In this document: piece after piece, positions 54,725 to 64,000 of the stretch
Layout of the letters: every line of letters starts with the position of its first letter
How positions within the stretch are numbered: position 1 is the stretch's first letter
Source: Octopus sinensis
Taxonomy: Eukaryota
Direction: 5' to 3'
DNA: 64,000 bases
Assembly (NCBI RefSeq): GCF_006345805.1
Contig: NC_042998.1
Span: 89,280,001 to 89,344,000 of the forward strand
The notes under the pieces: generated by a model
What the model saw: the letters and a program-made list of their open reading frames with translations, nothing else
What the model was told of the DNA's origin: nothing
The model's database searches: none
Position numbers and translations under genes: made by a program

Positions 54725-55672
54725 ATGGAAAAAGTCAAGGTATAAAATGCTAAAATACTTTTATAAAAACATTTCAGTACCGGTTTCAGTCATGGCGAAT
54801 TTTTCAATTGTAAGTATGGAAAAATCAAATTTTGGAAAAATTAAAAGACAAGTTTTTAAAAGAATATTTGCATAGTGTTCAAATACAAGGGGCATTTTCC
54901 TTGTTTCTGACTGTTTCTGTCTATCTTGTTTACTCTTGTGGGTTCGAGGTCGTTGTGAATTCTTGGTAGGGAAGAAGAAGAAGAAGAAGAAGAAGAAGAA
55001 GAAAGAAGAAGAAGAAGAGAGAAGAAGAAGAGAAGAAGAAGAAGAATGCGGGAGTGCCATAATAGTAGTATGTTAAATGGTCAAGTGCCCTGAAAGTGAC
55101 CCGTTGTGGATGGTAGTAATTAATGAATTCCTGAAACTTCCCTTTTGAATGTTTTGTTTATAAAACTTACGTTGGCGCAATTCTCTAGCCAGAATTGAAT
55201 TGCCTCTATTCATAGATTGTGGGGAATATTGGAATAGAGGTTGACTTCATCGAAGGATACTAGTAGGGTGTTTTTGTTTATTATTTGCGGAAGGTGATTG
55301 AGCATATCCAGGTCGTCGCTTATATAGCTTTTGACATGCTTGAGGAATGGTTTTAAGAGGGTATCTAAAAGTTACTGAGGTGGTGGGTTTCGCACCATAT
55401 TTATGCACATATGGGTACAGGACGTCACACACAGTAAACATGAAATACGAAAACGCCACGCATCCATTTCCAAGTAAGTTTATCTTAGTCTTTTTGATGC
55501 GACTCTACTCTATACTGTTCTCTCCTCTTATCGTTTTCTCTCTCATCCTTTCTCTAATTCCTTTTTTCTCCCCTTCACCGTTTTCTATTTGTCTGTCTCC
55601 CTCCCTATTTCTCCTTTACTCTCTCTCCATTGCTCACACGTGAACATCGTCCATCTTTCTTTTCCTCTCGTG

Positions 55673-55700
<28 letters not shown>
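53660..55700 (-). repeat. Near-identical ~1.02-kb tandem duplication of a Penelope-like remnant
   Basis: Unit offsets of 1031 and 1013 nt because the (GAA)n lengths differ. Each unit has a minus-strand Penelope RT remnant (ETHHLSNF*IPS/LKPFLKHVKSYISDDLDMLNHLP..TLLVSFDEVNLYSNIPH..EAIQFWL) and an HHR-like motif. Confidence 0.85.
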
Positions 55701-55709
<9 letters not shown>

Positions 55710-55803
55710 TCGTGTATACACACAAACAAATACACACACATATATACACTTATTGTGATGACAACGACAAAAACAATGAGGATAACGATAACAGATGATG
55801 ATG

Positions 55804-55835
<32 letters not shown>

Positions 55836-56507
55836 GGGAATCAAGGTTTTTGAGCATATCAACTGACGTAATATACTTATCAGCTTGCGACCATTGCGTG
55901 CGGGGGCGGGCTTCTTACGGCGTCTATATTTAGTGCAACTCTTCCTATACAGATAACAATGAGGCTGATGGTCAAAGACGGCTGGATATAATTTTCTATA
56001 TCTCCTTTGCAGATTTTAGAGCTTCATGTTAGGGACGGTTGGAGAATGCTGAGGCAATATATTTATTTTACTATTCAGCTCCTGAAATTAGCTTAAAATA
56101 ACAACGTCTGAAGGAGCGAGAAATTACTTCCTCCAACAACTAATAAAAGCAAAGACTAAAACAGGAATGGAACAAAAGAGGAAACACGTGGATGATTGAG
56201 GAAAAAGAAAATAGAATACAAGCACTTCTAAAAACCACGTGCGAATCAAAAATTTACTAGTGATAATATTCTGATTAGAAGAGATTAAAAGAAAAGTTAT
56301 TTTTTTTTTAGTTTTTCGTAAAATGCCATCACATTTCGTCATCAAAACCCACAACCTGCGTTTTGTCAGTTTAAAAAACACAAAAATGGAAGTAGTCATA
56401 CATAAAACTTATATAAAGAAACAAGGCTTATATATGTGTGCGTGGGTGTGTGTGTGCGTGCGTGCATGTATGTATACACGCATACACACACATATATGTA
56501 TGTATGA

Positions 56508-56566
<59 letters not shown>

Positions 56567-56577
56567 TACAGATAAAA

Positions 56578-57470
56578 CTTAGATGTCTAACTTAATAGCA
56601 CCACCTGATAGGATCAAATCCTTTTAAAGTCAAGTTTTGTGGTATTATGGCCCATTCAGTTACTGAGTTCTTGTTGAGTGAGTTGTATCTAGGTATGGGT
56701 GGCTTATATGGTATTCCTTGAAGAAATTTGTCCAGACTCCGTTTAAAGGTGATGGGACTCTTTTCCTCTTTGATCAGTTTTGGGACAATGTTAAACAGGG
56801 CAGGGCCTGTTGAGGAAAAGAAATTGTGTTGCAGTGAACCTATATATTACTGATCCTGAATGATGAAGCTTGGATGAAGCTTGAAGCTAATGTTGAGGTC
56901 GTTTGGGCAATGCTGGCGGTATATTCTCCACATCGTGCAAATGGTGTACCGCTCGCGGCGGCGATGGTGAGAGTAGAGTTTCAAGTCTTTAAGGCGGTCC
57001 CAGTAATTGAGATCAATCGTACCTTCAATTCGAGTAGTGAGTGCCCTCTCGGGTGATTCAATTTTCAAGTATGTTTTTGTTTTGTATTGGGAGACTACAA
57101 GGGGCAGCAGTATTCGAGAAGTGGCCGTACAAAGGAGAAAAGTGGAATGATACCGTTTCTTTGGAACGGAAGGTTCTTAAGATCCAGGAGATTATCCTAC
57201 GAGCTATATCGACCTTATTGTTGATGTGCGCACTCCAACTGCGATTGTTATCAACAATTACACCTAGGTCTCTGATATCATTAGATGCTGTGAGCGGTTC
57301 CCCTGAATGAAGCGAGTATGGCTGTTTTAGTATTGTCTTTCTTCCAAATTGCATCAGCTCAAATTTTCCCTTATTTAGTTGCATTTTAATTTTGTCTGCC
57401 CATATAGATCAGACTAGAGTTGAGTTCGGTCTTCTTCTGCATAGATGATTTGCTGGAGCTTAGTGTCATC
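56578..57470 (-). mobile_element. 5'-truncated CR1-type LINE
   Basis: DDTKL, MQLNKGKFELMQFG, RDLGVIVD..WSAHI, LNYWDRLKDLKLYS..RRRERY, GPALFN..P and FKRSLDKFL motifs. Confidence 0.9.
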
Positions 57471-58355
57471 AGGGGTTGAACAAAATAACGGAAACACCTT
57501 AGAATTTCAAACAAATAAATTTTAATATGGGGTAGGACCGTCTCTAGTATAATTACAGCTTGGATTCTACGAGGTATGGACTTTTACTAAGTTTGAATTG
57601 TTTCAAAAGGAATTTTTGTCCATTCTTCAGCTAAAACAGTCTCCAGTTATTGTAGTGATGATGGTGGATCTGGGGACTGTAGTGGCCAGATAAGATGTTC
57701 AACTTCCCTAAGATGTTCAACTTTAGCTGTGTGAATGGTGCATTATCATGCTGAAAGATTGTGTTTCCCTCTGGAAACAGTTCCGCAACCATAAGAAGAA
57801 TTTGCTCAGATAAAATGCTTAAATGCTTAAATAGTCTTGGCTATTAATTCTGCAGCTCCTGGCTGACAGTTTTTGTGGAAACTGGTTTCTCAAGTTGGTC
57901 ATTAAGCTCTGCAGTAATTTTGGGAGCTGTACTTTTGTGATCCTTTCTAACAATTCACGTAATAGTCCGACGGTTCCTATCTGTAAGTTTTGGTTTTCTT
58001 CCGGAGTTTTGTTTCGAGGGTGAGGTTTTCCCTCTTTCTCAAAGGCTGTCATAACTTTCGTGACAGTACTTCTTGATACACCAAACATTTCGGCTGTTTT
58101 CGTTATGCTAGCGCCAGCCATACGAGCACTAACAATTTGACCTCTTTGAAAGTCTGATAGATCTGACATTTTAATGAATTTTAATTGCCTTTTTCTGATG
58201 ATATCTGAAAAGAAACAGCAATTTTAGCAAAGCATATAAAGCAACACTAATAATAAATAATAAAACATAAAAATAAACAAGCTTTTGACGGTTTTATAGG
58301 TATTTCAAAATTATGATGCTATGATGCTAGGTGTTTCCATTATCTAGTCCAACCT

Positions 58356-58359
<4 letters not shown>
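57470..58359 (-). mobile_element. Internally deleted Tc1-like transposon
   Basis: TIRs CAGGGGTTGAACAAAATAACGGAAACACC / GGTGTTTCCATTATCTAGTCCAACCTTGTG, TA on the right. N-terminus MSDLSDFQRGQIV.AR.AGAS..KTA.MFGVSRSTV and FQHDNAPFTQ remnant. Confidence 0.9.
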
Positions 58360-58406
<47 letters not shown>

Positions 58407-59103
58407 TATATATATATGTGTGTGTGTATGTACGTATATATAACTTTTTATACATATATAATGTGTGTGCGCGTGCGTATGTGTGCGTGTATACGTGTGT
58501 ATGTGTATGTGTGTGTTAGTGTATGTGTTTGTACGTGCGCCTGTGTATGTGTGTGTGTGTGTGTGTGTACACACCAGTTGAAAAAAATTCATCAATTGAC
58601 ATTCATTCCGAAATTTTCAGTTGTTTTTCATCCCAATTTTTGTCTGCGCCTGAAATAATAAGACTGAATAAAATAGCGGCGCTGGCTAAAAATAGACTGT
58701 CACGTGGTTTTAGTACATTCTTTGATTATATTGCTTGTCATTATTTATACTATAAACATGATACAGCAATATTTTAATTCGATTCATTAGTTGACGATGC
58801 TTGCAAGCATACATAAGCACACAAAACAGACACAAACAAACACATACATACATGCACACACATATAAATGCACGCATACACACACACACTCAACACTCGC
58901 ATATATACGAGTATGTGTGGAATAGATAGGTAATATATATATTTACATTCGCACATAACCCCATGTGTTGGTATTATATATGTGTGCGTGCGGGCATTAT
59001 ATATATATATATATATATAAGAGAGAGAGATAGCTCGAATGATAGATACACAGACAGACATCTAGATAAATAGATAGATAGATAGATGATATATATAGAT
59101 GTT

Positions 59104-59293
<190 letters not shown>

Positions 59294-60739
59294 ACAAACA
59301 GTAGAGTGGAAATATTTGTTTTTCAGATGATAGCATGTATAAAATATCCGAAAGAGATATGGTATCGTTTGTAAGTACCATCAAGTGAATAAACATATAT
59401 GTCTGTCTGAGTGTGTCTGTGTGTGATACTTCTGCCTTCTGCAAATATTTAAAACTGTAAATACTAAATTGAAAATATTTTTATATTAACAGAAAATATA
59501 CATAAAACGCCAAAATAGTATACAGCGATACTAAACGAACGCTAGTAGCTGATAATGAAATATTTAGAACTTTTTGAGCTAATTTCTTCATGACAGAAAT
59601 TATAATATTGGTTTCAAATTTTGGCATAAGGTCATCAGTTTCGGTCAATGGTATAAGTCCATTACATCGACCCCAGTCATCAACTAGTACTTGTTTTATT
59701 GAGCCCTAAATGATGAAAGACAATGCCGACCTCGTCGGAATTTGAACGTAGAGTTAGCAATATTTAATAGACGGTCGCTAAGTTGGAGACTACGTTAATT
59801 TCACAAACGGAAACTATTTATAGAAATGTATGTTTGTGAACTGAAAAATCTGTTGTTCACTAGTTTACGAGTAAACAGACGATAATTTTGTTTAGACATT
59901 CAAGTATGGAGCAAAGCACAGCGGATCAAGAAAAGCAGTATAACAGTTAAAATATATTTCATTTAAAGGAAATGTGTTTGCAATTTTCAGCATAAGCAAA
60001 AAATGACTAACGGAGTATGCGTAGCTTTATGCACAAAACAGAGGGAGAAGGAGAGAGAAAATAGTGAGGCTGAGGGAGAGTGATTAACTTTGACGTGTTA
60101 TATTGCAGTTAATGTACCTACGTCATACACAAAGGGTAAAACTTCCAGCTTGTCAATGACGTTGATGTTTTAGTAAACAAGCATAGTGTAACGGATTCAT
60201 GAAAAGTTTAAATGTAAAATTGTTACCATATATTGGAGAAATATGGTCTTGCAGTTGCCAGAAGCTTTAATCAAAGATTGACTATTGGATACCTTGTCAC
60301 CTGATCCAAATATTATTTGGAGGAAAATTTGCGTTATGGAACAAGATTCTTTCAAGGTTATTGGAGAGAGAAAGTTTTAAGAAATTGGAAGAATGTCTGA
60401 AAAAGAACTGTTTGATTGGAGATTGTGACGAAAATTTTGTTATGAGACGAATATGGAAGAGAATTTTGCTTTGGGTGACATAACAGTGAGTGGTTTTCTT
60501 CCATTTCTCATGGAAAATTCAACATTTTATAAGGATCGTGTTTGTGTGTGTGTGCGTGTCTGTGTGCGTGTGTATGTTTTTATTGATTATGTATGCATTT
60601 AATAACAACCAGATTCTCTATATTTATCCCAAGACAATCATTTTTTCGGATGGCATTGTTTATTGTTTTAGTGATGATGTCATGTCACATTGGGAAGTAG
60701 TATATTTATGGCATGTCTTTGGGCAATTGTTGATCACAT

Positions 60740-62813
60740 GATGCCTTTCACAGAAAAACTGTGATGTCTTTCACAGAAATGTGACAGAATCAACATTTTG
60801 GTTACCGCTTAGAATTTCAAAAGGTTTCACTCTCTCTTTTGCTTGTCTCTTCTGTTTTTTAATTATTATAAATCTTCCACTGAGAAGGGAGACCGTTTCC
60901 AACAAAGATACAAAGCTCCATCTTTGGAATGTAGTTGACACAGACAAATTCACATTTGGAACTTGAGAAAAGTCTTGCATATTTTTACTTTTCCATCCAC
61001 AGATTAGACTTGTAATGTTTGAATCAACTGGTCAATTTCTCTTTCTGAAAATCCTAGTTTATCCAGGTTCCCCTTTAAGCATTTACTAACGAGACCTAGT
61101 GCTTCAGTTATCATTATTGGTATGAATATGAATTCATAGTCTGGTTATAGAAGCGGGAGGATTCGAAGCAGTTGTCCATAGACATCCTCTTTTTCTTTGA
61201 TTTTCAAAGAGATATTTATATCTGCAGGGCAGCTAACTTCTATGATGGTACATACTTTTGCCCCTCTGTCCCAAACAATGATACACCGCCTGTTATGCTT
61301 TCATTTGACAGAAATTTTGATGGAAATATTCCACCATTATTCCTTGAGTTGGAGTTTATGAATATATTCCATATCAGAGGGGTTTTCTAAGTTTATCTCA
61401 AGATGGATGGCATTGTAAATTGTTTTAGCAACAACATCGTACAGCATAGGGAGGTAGTAGCGTGATGACATTTTAGGACAGCTACTAATCACATGCGTAA
61501 TGACTTCCACAACATAACATAACCTACACATGTGGTTGTACCTTGGGATTACAAAAGCGTCACTGCCTCTCTTACTCGCCAGGTACTTTGTGGCAATCTC
61601 CTGTTCCTGAATTGCAAACGCATGACCTTCAAAGTGTTATGTGATGTAGTGATCGTGTATCCAAGAGAGGCTGCGCTTCGTGTCAATTCTACTGTTTTCT
61701 TCAAGCTTCCGAGCAACATACCTATGCATGATCTTTATGTTTTTGTATGCTGAGTGCTTTCTATCCAGGTCTTCTCTGGGTTAAGAGATCCCAGCTATTT
61801 GGAGTTGTATAGGAGATCATCAAGAAGAGAGTGTTTCTTGAGGAGTTCACTGCCAACTCGTACAATGTTGCTCACTTCACTTTTCAGGACTACATTAATA
61901 CATTTATTTTTGCTGCTGTTGTTTAGCAGAAGCTGCCTGAGTGATACCATACGACATTCGAAGGCCGTCTGTACTGATCTCAGGCCTCTAACGCCTTCAT
62001 TTCTTCTTAGGTAGAGCCTGTCAACATCACTGTTTCGGAAGAGGTTCTCAGTTGTTAGAATTTTGTGGGTTTTGATATCTATGGAGTGGATTTCCTCTAC
62101 AGACCAATTAAGTATCCCAAATGTTGGGATCAGCACTGGTACTGCAAATGCATTGTGGGATATTGTTTTGTTGTAAGAGGAGAGTTCCGACTGCCATATT
62201 TTCCTAAGTCTCGTATAATATCCTCGGGTCGCTCTATCTTTATTCACAGTGCCTTCATATGATACATTTTCATCTATGCCTAGGTACTTGTAACATTCTT
62301 CGTGTGGAATGGGGGAATAGAGAGACCGTTGGTGCACAGGTTCTGGGTTTGGGGGATTGACGTCTCGTTCTATAACCAAATCAAAACACTTCTTTTGGAC
62401 AATTTCCATGCCTATATCAGCTGAAAATGTTGTTATTAATTCCAGTTGTTTTTTGGCATAGTTAACACTTTTAGCATAAATTTTCAGGTCGTCTACAAAG
62501 AAATTATGAGTTACATTGATAGTTGAAGATCTTAGCATGTAACCATTTGTTTTCTGCAGTAGGAACGATAATGGATTCACTGCCAAAATGAAAAGAAGTA
62601 CAGAAAGATTATCTCCCTGGAATATTCCCTTTGTAATGCCTATACTATTTGAAACAATTATTCTGTTCTCAGTTGTAAGGGTAAGAATACTTGTCCATGT
62701 CTTTGTGAGTCTCTCTCTATAGAAGCAATTAAGGTAGTAGGTACCTTTGTAAGATGTAGGCACTCCAACAGCCATGAATGAGGGATAGAGTCGAATGCCT
62801 TCTTATAGTCAAC
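60740..62813 (-). mobile_element. 5'-truncated R4/Dong-like RLE LINE, including the 326-aa RT ORF 61795-62775
   Basis: VDYKKAFDSIPHSW, GIFQGDNLS, FFVDDLK, YKYLG, SDVDRLY, CRLC..ITHVISSC and IEVSCPAD motifs. Confidence 0.92.
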
Positions 62814-63460
62814 CCCACCAAGCTTGCTTGGTGAGGAAGGTGTTTATTGGACACCCTGCGGGATGAAAAACAAAACCCGTCAAAGGGCGGAGGAACTCTT
62901 GAGAGTCAACGGCCATCAAATAAATGTGTAATTTTTTTCTTAAGGCTTAAGGCTGTATCATGCTCGGGGACATAGAAATAATCGGACTGAATCCTCGATC
63001 GCGCGGTTAAACCATTGGGAGTGAAGGACTCCTAGCCTTTGTCAGGGCATCCTTCTAGGAGAAGGTAACTCAGGTAACTGAGATAACTCCGACATAAAAC
63101 CTGCGGCTCAGTGGTTACCGATGATGTTGACTTGTTCTTCTTTTCGGATTATGGCTGCTGTTGCTTAGTGAGTGGGATTGACTCAGTGCACAGCCTTTCC
63201 TCACTTTAAAAAAAAATCTTCTTGCACAGGCATTGCACGATAACAACATTGTTCATGATTGTTGATGGTGCTGTGAGTCTCAACTGAATGGCTGGCTGTA
63301 GCCTTAAAAAGCAAATAAAAGTCACATTCGATCACAGCACCAATAACAGTTAAGCTTCGTGCAATGGCCATACTCGATAACGAGGGGGCAGCCATCATCA
63401 TGTATGTATGTATGTATGTATGTATGTATGTATGTATGTATGTATGTATGTATGCATGTA
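62814..63460 (+). mobile_element. Non-autonomous RTE derivative (5' UTR joined to 3' end) with (TGTA)n tail
   Basis: RTE-type UTR motif shared with 28368-28400. 3' TGGCCATACTCGATAACGAGGGG..GCCATCATCATGTATG resembles the RTE 3' end at 26323-26375. No EN or RT between them. Confidence 0.65.
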
Positions 63461-64000
63461 TGCTTGGACGCTCGCGCGTGTAACTCAAAAGCAAGACATC
63501 AACTCAGCCCTGAACGAGCAGATCTATGATGAAAGCCTTTCCATTCATTACCATCATCATTGTATTTCAGGCATAATCTAAGACTATCTTGTTCTATGCA
63601 TTTACCTTTTCAAGAATGTTAGTTTACAGAACTTTGGATTCTATCTCTAAGCAGAGAAGTACTAATTCATAGTATACATTGTTCATGGAGGTTCCCGTTT
63701 TTAGACAAGATATTTTCGTAGCTTGGCCTAAATTGCTGTAGATGTGAAATATAGGTGCATGTATTTGTGTTGTACTGGTTGTAGAAGCGAAGGGTAGATA
63801 CTGTTCGATAGGGATCCAAAACGTGAAATTTGTAATTTAGTGAATGTTTTTTTTTATATATGATCGACAATAAATAAAAAATAGGTCAGAATATAAATAT
63901 AGGTTTAATTCTTAGTTTTTGATAAGAGAATGGACAATACTGAAAGTAGTCTACATATGAAATGTGGGTGTTTATTTTTATTTTGAAATTAATCTAAAGT

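Noticed and set aside
61795-62775. Longest ORF (326 aa) as a functional gene
   Set aside because: It is an internal RT segment of a truncated LINE, with frameshifts at both ends.

Overview
AT-rich, microsatellite-dense eukaryotic non-coding DNA. The SINE families point to a cephalopod, probably Octopus (inference). No intact host protein-coding gene can be supported, and most ORF-track entries are translated (TA)n/(CA)n/(AAT)n repeats. The window is a patchwork of decayed transposons: a near full-length L1/Tx1-clade LINE plus two 3' fragments, three R4/Dong-like RLE LINE fragments, RTE and CR1 pieces including an in-frame RTE-EN/CR1-RT chimera, a pogo-like element, Tc1/mariner relics and MITEs, a non-autonomous Helitron and many tRNA-derived SINEs. 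The most interesting signal is invisible to the ORF track: about ten type I hammerhead ribozyme (HHR)-like motifs with short, mostly palindromic stem III. Several lie inside small non-coding elements with inverted ends embedded in (TA)n tracts. These look like non-autonomous Penelope-like (PLE) pLTR or retrozyme-like units and show recurrent core variants (U4C, a compensatory U3-A8 pair, mismatched first stem II pair). All alignments and folds were read by eye, and boundaries of old relics are approximate.
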